Positions 1-12,300 of a DNA stretch of 64,000 nucleotides are shown one piece after another. The notes below the pieces were generated by a model. The model was not told the DNA's origin. It saw only the letters and a program-made list of their open reading frames with translations, and did no database searches. A program made the position numbers and the translations under genes. Source of the DNA: Octopus bimaculoides (Eukaryota); the NCBI RefSeq assembly GCF_001194135.2, contig NC_068985.1, positions 104,689,533-104,753,532 on the forward strand, read 5' to 3'. Every line of letters starts with the position of its first letter. Within the stretch, counting starts at the first letter, position 1.

Positions 1-115
1 AGTAAGGCATGTGTAAAGTTTGAATGAAATTGGTTGCGTAGTTCTCGAGTTTTAGGGATTCACACACAGACAGACACACATTCTCATTTTTATATATATA
101 TATATATATATATTT
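1..115 (+). mobile_element. 3' part of a putative non-autonomous Helitron-like (Lep1/HINE-style) repeat
   Basis: aagtttgaatgaaattggttgcgtagttctcgagtt followed by acagacagacacac and a (TA)n end resembles invertebrate Helitron-like repeat ends; recognition only. Confidence 0.35.
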
Positions 116-120
116 CATAT

Positions 121-492
121 TTTTACTTGTTTCAGTCATTTGAGCATCCCCTTCGAAGAATTTTTAGTCGAATGAATCAATCCCAGTACTTTCTTTGTTT
201 TTAAAGCCTGGTACTTTATTCTACCGGTCTCTTTTGCCGAACCGCTAAGTTACAGGAATGTAAACACCCCAATACCGGTTGTTAAACGATACGGGGGGGG
301 GCAAAGATGCACGCGCATGCGCACACATACGGCGAGCTTCTTTCAGTTTCCGTCTACCAAATCCACTCACTAGGCTTTGGTCGGCCTGAGATTATAGTAG
401 AAGATACTTGCCTAAGGTGCCACACAATGGGACTGAACCCAAAACCATGTCGTTGGGAAGCAACCTTCATACTACACAGCCACGCCTGCGCC
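121..492 (-). mobile_element. tRNA-derived CORE-type SINE (octopus OR-like family)
   Basis: Reverse complement of head-ccttgggcaagtgtcttctactatag-body; same family at 2113, 5058, 9534, 17706, 24112, 41660. Confidence 0.8.
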
Positions 493-544
493 TATATATA
501 TATGTAATATATATATATATGTATCATATATGTAATCATTAGCT

Positions 545-830
545 TATCTTAAAGCTGTCCATCAATGTTGAAGACGATGTTGTCCTCTAGGAATCGTATC
601 CTACATTTTGTGAGTTGATAGATGTGAAAAGTGTCAGATCCTGGAATGGCTTGTCCTTGAACACAGATGACAGGGGAAGTTGCCCATTATGTTGTTGGTG
701 AGTTTGAGATGACGCTGACGCCTCTTTTCCTCTAGTTTCTCACGTCAGATTAGTCCAAAGTGTGCAGCTGCTTCGTCTCAGAGGAGGTGTCAGGTTTACC
801 GGTTCTGAACAAAGTTGTACCGGATGAACG
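545..830 (-). mobile_element. RTE-clade LINE 3' remnant
   Basis: Minus strand reads EKLEEKRRQRHLK...FPCHLCSRTSHSRI*HFSHLSTH, the RTE ORF2 C-terminal CxxC..SRIG..SH knuckle with an in-frame stop. Confidence 0.65.
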
Positions 831-1325
831 TTGCTGTGAGCGTAGTAGTATCTTATTTTTTTATCTTTATGTTCTGAGTTCAGTTTCTGCCGAAGTCGAC
901 TTTGTCTTCCATCTTTTTTGGAGTCAATAAAATAAATACCAGTTAAGCACTGGAGTCGATGTAATCGACGTATCCCTTCCCCTAAAATTACCGGCCTTGT
1001 ACCAATACTTAAATTACATATTATTACATTTTGTGTTTTGTTTTATGCATTGTCCTCCGTCTGTGGAAAAATTGTCTTGCATGAAACAGATCCAAAGCGC
1101 ACAAAAGGTTCGGGATCGCTAATCTAATATTTTCCTTTATGATAGTAATAAAGTAACTGAAGGAGATTTGGCCCTTATTTCCAGCATGTCAAGCAACCAT
1201 GTAGAGGCTCCTTCCTCAGGGTCATTGCTGACGTTGTTGTTCTGGTTGACGTTACTGTTTATTGATGAATCACTGTTTTTTGGTATTGTTGTATGTCGTC
1301 ACCTATTATATATTCATCATTTCAG

Positions 1326-1742
1326 GTCAGTATGCACTGCAAATGTATGCCAAGAACGACCCAAATGACAACGAATTCTCCAATATTTGCAATTACATGT
1401 TGAGATGCAACGAGGGCCTGGGTGTTGTATACCCTTACCCATCGGTGACAAACGACAAAGTTGGATCAATGGGAAAGTTCCATTCGTTAGGTCTCCACTT
1501 TGTCGAAGATGCCCCTGGATATCAAAGAATCTCCACTACTGGCCAGTGTTCTTTTCAAATTAAAATCCCAGCCAATATTGATTACTTCAGTAAGCTTATT
1601 CACCAATCAGAGAACACTTTGAATGACGTTTCTGATTATACATACTGTTATCGAGATGGAGATATCGTAAGCTTTGCCATAAGATGTTCGTTGCCTGGAT
1701 TTTACCGCTTTGATCTATTCGCCAAACTTAACACAGAGGACG
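1326..1742 (+). CDS. KY/hillarin/LTD-1-like protein, internal exon (Ig-like repeat modules)
   Basis: Acceptor ttcag|gt (phase 1), donor acg|gtatgt (phase 1). GQYALQMYAK...FSNICNYMLRC and FAIRCSLPGFYRFDLFAK match the repeated G-x-Y-x-L-x-[IL]-[YF]-A module C-terminal to the transglutaminase-like core of KY/hillarin proteins. Confidence 0.75.
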
Positions 1743-2112
1743 GTATGTAGGAAATTATTATTATTATTATTATTGTTATTATTATTATCAATATAAAGGC
1801 AGTAAGCTGGCAGAATCGTTAGCATGCTGGGCAAAATGCTTAGCGGCATTTCGTCCATCTTAAAGACGTTCTGATTTCAAATTCTGAGGTCAAAATTTAC
1901 TGCCAAAAAAATGCCAAGACAACTTTGGAGGACCGAAAATTCCATGTGAAATGCAGCTGTATTAGAAAAGAAATTGACAATATTTGAACGTTTACATTAT
2001 ATACCACATTGACATGTATGCTAGAAAGTTTGGTAATATTTCTACAGCCAGCTTTTGAAAGCCTTTTTCTCTTAACTAATCTTCATGTTTTCCACTCTCT
2101 TTTACTTTCTCT

Positions 2113-2460
2113 TTTACTTGTTTCAGTCATTTGACTGTGGCCATGCTGGAGCACCACCTTTAGTCGAGTAAATCGACCCCAGGACTTATTCTTTGGAAGC
2201 CTAGTACTTATTTTATCGGTCTTTTTTGCCGAACCGCTAAGTTACGGGGACAAACACATACACACACACACACATACATAGATATATACATATATACGAC
2301 GGGCTTTTTTCAGTTTCCGTCTACTAAATCCACTCACAAGGATTTGGTCGGCCCGAGGCTATAGTAGAAGACACTTGCCCAAGGTGCCACGCTGTGGGAC
2401 TGAACCCGGAACCATGTGGCTGGTAAGCAAGCTACTTAGCACACAGCCACTCCTATGCCA
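2113..2460 (-). mobile_element. CORE-type tRNA SINE, near full length
   Basis: Head ggagtggctgtgtgctaagtagc...ggttccgggttcagtccc on the minus strand; same family as 17706. Confidence 0.85.
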
Positions 2461-2648
2461 CTCTTGACTAATTTTTTCCTTTTTCCACTCATGACTAATT
2501 TTTTTTTACTTTTTCCATCTCAACTTATTCTCTGCTGGACTATTTTTACTATTTTACTTTGTACATTTTTACTGCTGGACTATTTTTGCATTTTCTGCTA
2601 CTGACTAATTTTTACATTTCCACCCTTAACATTTTCTGCTTTCCACAG

Positions 2649-2989
2649 GTGGCTACCCAAAAGTATTCTGTTCAGTTCTTGAAACTTTTTGGCCAATGGC
2701 TGAATGTTTACCATACCCACAGAAATACTCAGCTTGTAAGGATACATACAATATCCTTTCACCATCTGTGAATCAACTAGCAGAAGGTCAGAATATAAAA
2801 ATGGCCATCGTCGTTCCAAATGCTGAATCTGTTGCTACAATCGAAGACCAAAGCTGGACATACTTAGAGAAAGGTGAAAAAGACAAATGGACTGGAACCA
2901 TTGTTCCAAAAGCTTCTGGGAATATCATTTCCATAGCTGCCCGACAGTCCAGTGCTGTACGCTCCTTTGAGGCATTAGTCTCCTTTGAG
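2649..2989 (+). CDS. KY/hillarin-like protein, internal exon
   Basis: Acceptor ttccacag|gt phase 1 continues the previous exon (GYPKVFCSVL...WTYLEKGEKDKWTGTI...ALVSFE); donor gag|gtaaca phase 0. Confidence 0.75.
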
Positions 2990-3080
2990 GTAACATTTTC
3001 CCTCTGTTTATTTGGTTGATGTGATTAAGTGGAAATAATGACTTCGCTCTTCCTTTCCCTGTTCTTTTACTATCTTGCAG

Positions 3081-3101
3081 GCTATTAGACAATCTTACTA
3101 A
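3081..3101 (+). CDS. Candidate alternative terminal exon (AIRQSY*) of the KY-like gene
   Basis: Strong pyrimidine tract ttcgctcttcctttccctgttcttttactatcttgcag 91 nt after the 2989 donor; phase 0 reaches TAA after 6 codons; AATAAA at 3697. Confidence 0.35.
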   Translation, partial: AIRQSY

Positions 3102-3938
3102 TGCTAGTGCCCCACCATCACTTAAAAGTACACTCTGTAAAGTGGTGTTAAGAAGGACATCCAGCCAGAGAAACCAGGCCAAAGTTAATATTGAATCTTG
3201 ACGTAGCCTTATAACTCATGGGTTCCTGTCAAACTGTCCAAGCCAAGCCAGCATGGGAAATGGACATTAGTGGCAATGATTTATCTATTTATCATATATT
3301 TTCTGAAGAATGGTGTGATTGGTTATAGATTTTCAACTGGCCAATTACTGACCCTTAGATTTCCAATAACAAAAGTGACAAGTGCGACATCTGTACAACT
3401 CAGATGGAGTAAATACTGTAAGATATTTTTGCTCAATGCACTAACTTACGACTTTTCGCATTATATATTTTACCACTTTGACTATATTTTCACCAATGTC
3501 TTGTAGGTAGGTGGAAACTAATCATGAGAGAGAGGAGAGTGTGTGTGTGTATGTATGTGTGTGTGTGTGTATGTTTAAGTTACCAGCAATCAGTTATTTT
3601 CAATTATTTCAAAACTGTAACTTACTGGTTCAACAAATAGATTTTGATAAAACAAATACCAAATTAAAACAAGTATTGATGTTTCTGATACAGTTAAATA
3701 AAAACCCATGAAAGTGGCACCAGAGCCTGGCTGCAATCTGCTGACTGAATTTCAATGCCAAGGTATTAACTCAAACTTCTTACAAATCACTTGTCCCTCA
3801 TGCTGTGCAAGGGTATTGAACACAGCCACGTCTGTGTCTATAGTGATTACTCATATATTAAACATAGATAATACAGAATAAAATACATTTTTTTTTTTTT
3901 TGTGTTTATGTACTTCTTTCTCTTCTATTTCTCTACAG

Positions 3939-4973
3939 GTTGTTCCAGCTCATGTTTTGAGAGAGGAGTTCCGCAAGCAAAGAGCGTCTCGTGAGAATGC
4001 TGAACAGGAGTATTTAGAGCATATCTCTCGCAAAAAACACCTGCAAAGCATGCGCAAAGATCGGTCAATGATTCATATGATTCAACGAATGGCAAAGATG
4101 AAATTACAGAATTTAAATGAGGATCACTTGAAGCTGATGGATCAGCAGTTGGATAATGATGCTATTCTGCAACTGGACCAATGCTTGCCTGAAGTCCCAC
4201 AACATTTAACGCAAAATGGTACTGAAAACACTGTTGAGAGAGATGTAGCATATGGTGATGTGTTAGAGAATCACAATTATGAAAGAAATGGAAATGATGC
4301 CCTTGTTGATTTTCTCAGTGAAGTCAATGACAGGCAGTTAAATAAAGCAATACTTGACAATGGACCTGTCAATGGAAATGAAAATGACGATTATAATCTA
4401 GGCATGTCACCGTTAAAAATGAGACCATCCATCAAAAAGCGAACACTTCCCAAAATTGACATAAATTTAAATGAGCTTGATGGTGTTAATGATAGTGATG
4501 ATGACAGTGATGAAGACTATGAGAACAATGCCGGCAATCACTCGGAGTATAATCTTGATTTTGATAAACATGGTGTCAGACTGACGCCTATTTCAGAAAA
4601 AGAAGAAGAAATTGATGATTTCTTTAAAAGCACTCTAACTCAGAACCAGAATGGTCCTGAGTCTGATGAATCTGAAGAAAGTGTTGACAATGTGAGAGAG
4701 GCAGTAGAAGAGATAATAGGAGCAGAGACTGTTGAACGGGTAAACGCCTATCCATCTTTGGATGACAGCGAAGACAGTTTAGTCGAAAGACTATCAGAAC
4801 TACGAGGGAAAGAAGTAAACCCAAAAGTTCCCTTGAGAGTGAAAAGAAACCTGGAAGAAAAAGTAAAAGAGGAGGAGATTATTGTAAGAGAAGAGCCAAA
4901 GAAACAAGAGGATCTTACAGAGAAACTGCTCCAACAAGTAGCTTCTATTGAAAGAACAATTGAAGAAGATGAG
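3939..4973 (+). CDS. KY-like protein, 345-codon charged helical plus acidic low-complexity exon
   Basis: Acceptor ctctacag|gtt phase 0, donor gag|gtactt phase 0; stop-free, E/D/N-rich. Confidence 0.8.
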
Positions 4974-5017
4974 GTACTTGTACCTTTTGATTTTATCTTA
5001 TTCTTTTCTAACCTATG

Positions 5018-5055
<38 letters not shown>

Positions 5056-5057
5056 TC

Positions 5058-5268
5058 TTTTACTTTATTACTTGTTTCAGTCATTTGACTGCGGCCATGC
5101 TGGAGCACCACCTTTTATTCGAGCAAATCGACCCCAGGACTTATTCTTTGGAAACCTAGTACTTATTCTATTGGTCTCTTTTGCCGAACCGCTAAGTTAC
5201 GGGGACGTAAACACACCAGCATCGGTTGTCAAGCGATGCTGGGGCAACAAACACAGACACACAAACAT

Positions 5269-5299
<31 letters not shown>

Positions 5300-5404
5300 C
5301 ACATATACGACGGGCTTCTTTCAGTTTCCTTCTACCAAATCCACTCACAAAGCTTTGGTTGGCCCAAGGCTATAGTAGAAGACACTTGCCCAAGGCGCCA
5401 CGCA
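5058..5404 (-). mobile_element. CORE-type tRNA SINE, 5'-truncated
   Basis: Very similar to the 2113 and 17706 copies, CpGs retained. Confidence 0.85.
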
Positions 5405-5954
5405 ATATATGTATATATATTGTGATTCCTATAACGCATTTAAGGCTTTACCATTTACTTGTTTTGGTCACAAATATTCATATGCATGCATACACAAATA
5501 TTCATATGCATGCATACACACTCATGCCGGTGCCACATGAAGGCGCTTAGGCAGTGCCATGTAAAAACCACCCAGCACACTCCGTAAAGTGGTTGGCATT
5601 AAGAAGAGCATACAACCATGCCAGATCAGACAGGAGTTTGGTGCAGCTCTCCTGCTTGCCAGCCCCGGTCAAACTGTCCAACCCATGCCAGCAAGGACAA
5701 CAGACGTTAAATGACGATAACTCACTCACTCTCTCTCTCGCATTCATTCGCCAAGTTTTTCATTTTCTGTCTACTAAATTCAGTCACAAAGACCAATATA
5801 TATTATTTACAACTATATTTACATTAGTAAAAAGATATCTTCAAATTCTCGAATGCTTTAAAATAGTCCTAAAACCATTATGTATACATACATATATATA
5901 GAATTTTATTAAATTTATTAAATTGCAAATGTTGAATTTTAATTCTCTCTACAG

Positions 5955-5991
5955 ATGGCAATTCAAAATTTCCACCTTGGAGCAGCATCAG
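5955..5991 (+). CDS. KY-like protein, 37-nt exon (MAIQNFHLGAAS)
   Basis: ttctctctacag|atg...tcag|gtaaga; phase 0 in and phase 1 out, bridging the 4973 donor and the 7803 acceptor. Confidence 0.65.
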
Positions 5992-7491
5992 GTAAGATAA
6001 ATCCAATAATCCTTTCTCACCCATATTTTAGAAACAAACATCTGGCTTATTTGAATCTGTCTCATTATATATATTATTGATAATCATTTGTTTAGCAGAG
6101 TCATTAGATCATTAGGAAAAATGGTTTGCAGTATTCACTCTTATTAAGCAACTATATACCTGCTTTTGCTCACACCTCTATTGTACCAAACAAGTTCTGA
6201 AATTGATGGAACTGACAAACCTTCTTCCACCAAAATTTCTAACCTTGTCCATAAATCTGAAAACCATTCTTATTAATCCCTACCATATCAAGCACAATTG
6301 AGCAGATTTATGATCAAAAGCATTCCAGACATGACCATCCCGTTTTTTATTTATTTATTCATTCATTCACATTTTTTTCATCAAGCACATAACTAAATGT
6401 AGATATTGTCTGTTAAAAATAATCTTTATTTCTGTTCTGTGCTCTGCCATACATTGGTTTGTCCTTGGACAGTTTTAGTACCATATTAGTTTACTTATGC
6501 TAAGAGGTGGCTAACCCCTCATTTACCCCTTCTCCCATTTCTGGAAGAAGGAATGCTGTGAATGGTTCCCTCGTGACCTTTTTCACAAGGCAATGCAGCC
6601 AATTCAAGGAGAGAAGTACCAACCGCAGTAAATGACTGGTATTTCGTTGACCCTAAAAGGATGAAAGCCGAAGTTGACGTTGGCAGTATTTGAACTCAGA
6701 GCACAGAAAGGTGACATGAGTACGAAGATGTAATCTATCTGATCCACCAACCACTTTAACAATTCAATGGTCACACATACACCTCTATTTTGGTGAGTGG
6801 TATTTTTTTAAATGGTATGATTTTGATAGAATCTCAAATTGCTTCCTGTATACACAAGCAACATTCTACTTTTGCCCCAACAAAACATTTGCCAGATGCA
6901 AATGGAGTTAGTTTTGGCAACTCTAGATATCCTACAATATGTGACAGTTTATCAATGAATATGTAGAACAGGACAGACTTAAAATATAATGAAGAAAGAC
7001 CAAGATGGTGGTCATGGTGTTCAACTTGTTGAGAGCAGATGATGCCAGACTTATGATGATGGTGATTAAAATATGTTAGAAATTGTTGTAAAGTATGGCT
7101 TCTGTTCATCATCATCATCATTTAACATCCATTGTCTATGCTGGCATGGATTGGACAGTTTGACCAAGGCTACACCAGACTCCAGTCTGATTTGGCATGG
7201 TTCCTATGGCTGGATGTCCTTAACGTCAACCATTTCAAGAATGTAATGGGTGCTTTTACATGCCACTAGTATCCACCATAACTATGGTTTCACTTGACTT
7301 GATAGGTTTTCTTCTCAAGCATGACATATTGCCAAAGGTCTTGGTCATTTGTCATTGCCCAACATTTATTCAGTAAATTAAAATAAACTCCTCCAGTTCT
7401 GTATCTGCAAAACCATTAAACAACTGAGATAATAACAGTATGTTAATGATAGAAACAGTTCACCAGAAGATGATCAAAGAATGGGCAGATT

Positions 7492-7712
7492 TTAACCTTT
7501 TATCATTCAGGTGAATCTGTCAAGTGTAATGCTTATTTTATCACAATGTTTTGAATTCATCATGCATTATCTTGTTGCTTTGAGATTTTACTGATGTGGC
7601 TGTTTAGTTTTAGAGGTAAGATAGGTGTGAAAGGCCCAGTTTGGTGAGTTGCAACATAAGACATGTAGAATGTTTGGGCCAGATATGGTCAGTTTAAATG
7701 CTAAAAGATTAA
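7492..7712. mobile_element. TTAA-flanked piggyBac-like MITE, family A
   Basis: ttaa-ccttttatcatt ... aatgctaaaaga-ttaa; a second copy is at 44351-44574. Confidence 0.6.
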
Positions 7713-7802
7713 AGTAGTGTAAATAGTTATAAACATTAAGTTATGGCTAAATAATGAAATCCAAGTAGCTCAAATTGTTATTTCTCTCTTTTGTGTTTCC
7801 AG

Positions 7803-8044
7803 CCCCAAAAGACGATCAATCCTTTCTCCGGCATCGAACAACAGCAACATTGTCAAATTATTCCACACCAAATTTACCAGACAAAGAGAAGTCTCACACA
7901 GCACCAGTATCAGTGCAAACTCAAACAGACAATGAAGAAGTCTCACTCACAGTGGTTTTGGAGAACTTCATTTATGTTTTTGCGATTTTTAGTCTCTTAT
8001 GGAAACTTGCAGGACTATTAAGTTTTGAACATACAAGCAGCTAG
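7803..8044 (+). CDS. KY-like protein, terminal exon with hydrophobic C-terminal segment
   Basis: Acceptor ttgtgtttccag|cc phase 1; APKDDQ...VVLENFIYVFAIFSLLWKLAGLLSFEHTSS*. Confidence 0.65.
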
Positions 8045-11000
8045 AAGTCAAGACTTATACACGTTTTCTAAGTATGCACATGAAGACCTTTAGAAAGTCG
8101 GAATTCAGGATCTAATTTGAATGGTCTGTTGATAGATATCTGCAGAAGATAAGGAAATAGTAACAAACTACTTGGCTGACCAAAAGATTGAGATTCAAAT
8201 GATTTACTAAGTATAATTAATAATATATTGATATCGTTCATTTTTTTTTTTAATCCTTGCTCCCTTCCAATTCCTGTCTATTATATTTCATTGTTGGTTT
8301 AGTAATTATGTTAAAATTTCACTTATAAAATCTGACACTTAATGGTTTCCACACTTCCAGTTATTTTTATATCACTTCACTTTCATCACCAAGCCCTTCA
8401 ATGTATAAATATCATACATTGTCATTTCCCTTTTGTCTCTGAAGCTGAAATTGTGTCTAGGGAAGAAACTCATAACTTAGTTTTGTAGTAAGTTAAGCTA
8501 CAAGTATATGGGAAAAAAAAAATGGAAGTTATTGCGACAATCACTTGTGATACTGTTGTTTCATCTTTTTTCATTATTACTTTGCTTATAAAACAATTTC
8601 GAAGTAGAAAAGTGTTGATTCCCTTATCTAAAATATGCTTTTTCAGATACTGAAAGAGTTCACATTCATCAGACACAATGAAATCTTGTATTTACATTTG
8701 ATTCCTTGGTTAAAAGAGTAAAACCTACTTTTTGAGAATCATAAATGATGTGTATCTTCTAATTACAATTTTCTTTCTTTTTTTTTGGTTACTTTTACAG
8801 GTAAAATTCTAATCATCTAATTGTTATTCACAAATCAGTACAGCAATGTAATATTTCTGCTTTTGTTTGTTTTTTTGTAACCTTTTTCATGAGCTGTAAT
8901 AATAATGTGCTTGTATTCCTTTATTAACATAAAATTTATTCATTTTATAATTTCAACCAAGTGCCAAGAAATCAAAATAATTTTATAATTTAGAAATTTA
9001 TTTATAACTAGATTTTATAGCAAATATTTTTCCTTTACAGAACCCATGTTAGCATGGAAAGCGGACGTTAAACTTTAAAAAGTATATGTCATATATCTTA
9101 ATTTATGTCAGTTCAAGTTAATTTTCTTCCAGAATTTTGATTTTGACAGTATTTTAAACCTCTTGTCAAAAGGTGGTGTAAATCTGATAATGTTTGGACA
9201 GATCATAACATGCCAACTGTAAAAACCCTGTATAGGATACATGATGTCACTAAAAAAAGGATTAAAGAAATACATTTGTGACACTGTTATTAAAAATAAT
9301 CCCAGTTTGGGGCTGGGGTACAAATGTTTGTTTATCTTTCCTCAAATTAATCATTACATTAAAAATTATCACCTAAATTGTATAACCGTGTAATAATTTT
9401 TTGCAGTAAATAACAATTCCACACTCTGTCCTCTTTCGTACTGTGTTATTATTTCAATATGTTGGTGATATTTTGTTTGGTAGTTGCAGAAGTGAGAGGT
9501 ACTCAGTTTAGTCTTGTAGTAAACATATATATTGACTTGTTTCAGTCATTAGGCTGTGGCCATACTGGTGCACAGTCTTGAGGAATTTTAATCGGATGAA
9601 TCGATCCTTGTATTTAAATTTTTAAAAACTGGTACTCATTCTGTCTCTTGCCAAACTGCTAAGTTACAGAGACCTACATTGCAACATCAGTTGTCCAGTA
9701 GTGGTAGGAGACAGACACAAAGGAACACACACAGGTAAATAAAAATGAAAATCAAAAGGATGTATGCAATGAATATTGAAGATGGAAAAAGGAGGGGGCA
9801 TGGCTCTTTGTCAGAAAGACAAAAGGGCTGGAGAGAAGGAAAAATAGTCCAGAAGTACGTGTATGGTTATATATATACGCACAACGGACTTTTTTCAGTT
9901 TCTGGCTACCGAATCTACGCAGAGGTTTTAGTTGGACCAAGACTATAATAGAAGACGCCCAAGGTACCACACAGTGGAACAGAACATGGAATCATGTGAG
10001 AAGAGATTATCAAAGGAGTATGAAGCTCAATGTATTTGAGCTTGCAAAGCATATCCTAGGATGTTCAGAAAGAGAGAAACTAATAATGAAAGACGGGCAA
10101 TGTATGGATGCCTTTGAGATTTTGAATGTCATAAGTGAATAATTTACTGGTGTGAGTTGGACACTATCACAAGGCTTAGGCAATGAATGAATCCAAAGTT
10201 TGACAAGGTGTTAAACTGTGAAAATACCTCTCAAAATGGATTAATCATTGAGTTCTTAATCGACAAAACTAATTAATTTGGTAGTAATTTGACGATTAAG
10301 TGTTTTAGCGATGTACCTTTTATATATAGTGACTCGTTGCAAATTGTGGGTACCTCGCCTGGCCGGCCGGCCGCACGCTATGGATTTCATCTCTCACAAC
10401 TCGCTATCGTTTATGTCCCCTTTCGAACCTCTAGACACGTACAATTTCCTAGCTCGTTACATTTAAGTATGCTTAAGCATCCACTCATTTTACGATAGTT
10501 AAATCCGCTTTACTCGCGCAAAGTGATACAAGAAAGACAACTCTTCAGTACACATTCCTGTATACAAGATAGAAGGTTGTATATTGCAGATTGGCTCCCA
10601 TACGCCACATGGCTGAAAAACTATGACGTTAAATTTCTCAGCCAAACGGTACCGTAACAAAATATTTTTTTTTAAATTGTGAAATTTTAAGTTTTAAATG
10701 AAGGTATGTAGCCTTGTGATTAGAGTGTTCACGATCATTAGATTGTAGGTTCAATCCTTGGGCCCGATGCCGCGTTATTTCATTGTGAAAGGTACTTCAT
10801 TTCACGTTGCTCCTGTCTACTCAGCGAAAACAGATGCTGGTGCAATTCTCACTCATCTTTCACATTCTGGATGTTCTACTAGATTAAGCGTGCGAGGTCT
10901 GATAGCGTGTCTGTGTCTGCTCATTACTCCGTACATACCTAAAACAATTAGCAGGAGCGTCGTTCAAGTTACCAGATTATTTATACACACTAGTGAGTGA

Positions 11001-11314
11001 CGGCCAAGAAATTCATGGTTGAAAGAAATAGCTTTGGTGATGGGGTTGAAATTAGCTGAGAGTTGATCTATTTTACTGTTGTCCTTTCCAATATTTTAAG
11101 TCAAAATCAATCTTTATAAATTAAGATTTTCAAGGTGGGTAAAAATTTTGGATCTTTTTTAAAACGGGGGCCACATTTTTCATTAACGAAACACTTTGAA
11201 ACTTGGAACACTGGTAGAACGTGTCATATAAAACATCTTTTTCTCTTAGTCTTCTTTTAAAAAAAAGAAATCCATAAATTATTCCATGTTAAAGTTGTCG
11301 TATTTCTGTAATTT

Positions 11315-12185
11315 NNNNNNNNNNNNNNNNNNNNNNNNNNNNNNNNNNNNNNNNNNNNNNNNNNNNNNNNNNNNNNNNNNNNNNNNNNNNNNNNNNNNNN
11401 NNNNNNNNNNNNNNNNNNNNNNNNNNNNNNNNNNNNNNNNNNNNNNNNNNNNNNNNNNNNNNNNNNNNNNNNNNNNNNNNNNNNNNNNNNNNNNNNNNNN
11501 NNNNNNNNNNNNNNNNNNNNNNNNNNNNNNNNNNNNNNNNNNNNNNNNNNNNNNNNNNNNNNNNNNNNNNNNNNNNNNNNNNNNNNNNNNNNNNNNNNNN
11601 NNNNNNNNNNNNNNNNNNNNNNNNNNNNNNNNNNNNNNNNNNNNNNNNNNNNNNNNNNNNNNNNNNNNNNNNNNNNNNNNNNNNNNNNNNNNNNNNNNNN
11701 NNNNNNNNNNNNNNNNNNNNNNNNNNNNNNNNNNNNNNNNNNNNNNNNNNNNNNNNNNNNNNNNNNNNNNNNNNNNNNNNNNNNNNNNNNNNNNNNNNNN
11801 NNNNNNNNNNNNNNNNNNNNNNNNNNNNNNNNNNNNNNNNNNNNNNNNNNNNNNNNNNNNNNNNNNNNNNNNNNNNNNNNNNNNNNNNNNNNNNNNNNNN
11901 NNNNNNNNNNNNNNNNNNNNNNNNNNNNNNNNNNNNNNNNNNNNNNNNNNNNNNNNNNNNNNNNNNNNNNNNNNNNNNNNNNNNNNNNNNNNNNNNNNNN
12001 NNNNNNNNNNNNNNNNNNNNNNNNNNNNNNNNNNNNNNNNNNNNNNNNNNNNNNNNNNNNNNNNNNNNNNNNNNNNNNNNNNNNNNNNNNNNNNNNNNNN
12101 NNNNNNNNNNNNNNNNNNNNNNNNNNNNNNNNNNNNNNNNNNNNNNNNNNNNNNNNNNNNNNNNNNNNNNNNNNNNNNNNNNNNN
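11315..12185. other. Assembly gap (others: 13360-13840, 27459-27468, 27922-28424, 31422-31937, 42414-42448, 55674-56170, 56911-57181, 57531-57540)
   Basis: Runs of N, mostly next to microsatellites or poly(A). Confidence 1.
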
Positions 12186-12300
12186 ATGGCCTTCGGCATT
12201 CTGTATTTGTCTATACGTGAGACGTGGTTCGCCCATCTGAGCTCTCTCAGCAGCAACATGGTTTCAACGTACGTCAAATGTAGTACAACCAAGTAGTTGC
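12186..12300 (-). mobile_element. RTE LINE RT C-terminal fragment next to a gap
   Basis: LRELRWANHVSRIDKYRMPKA matches the RTE LRWAGHV.RM...R.PK motif. Confidence 0.65.

Noticed and set aside
2465-2610. Short direct repeats as a CRISPR-like array
   Set aside because: Eukaryotic intron, degenerate units, no unique regular spacers and no cas genes
4590-4640. EEEIDDFFKS as a FFAT motif in the acidic exon
   Set aside because: Lys at the Asp position and no acidic residue at position 7; poor match
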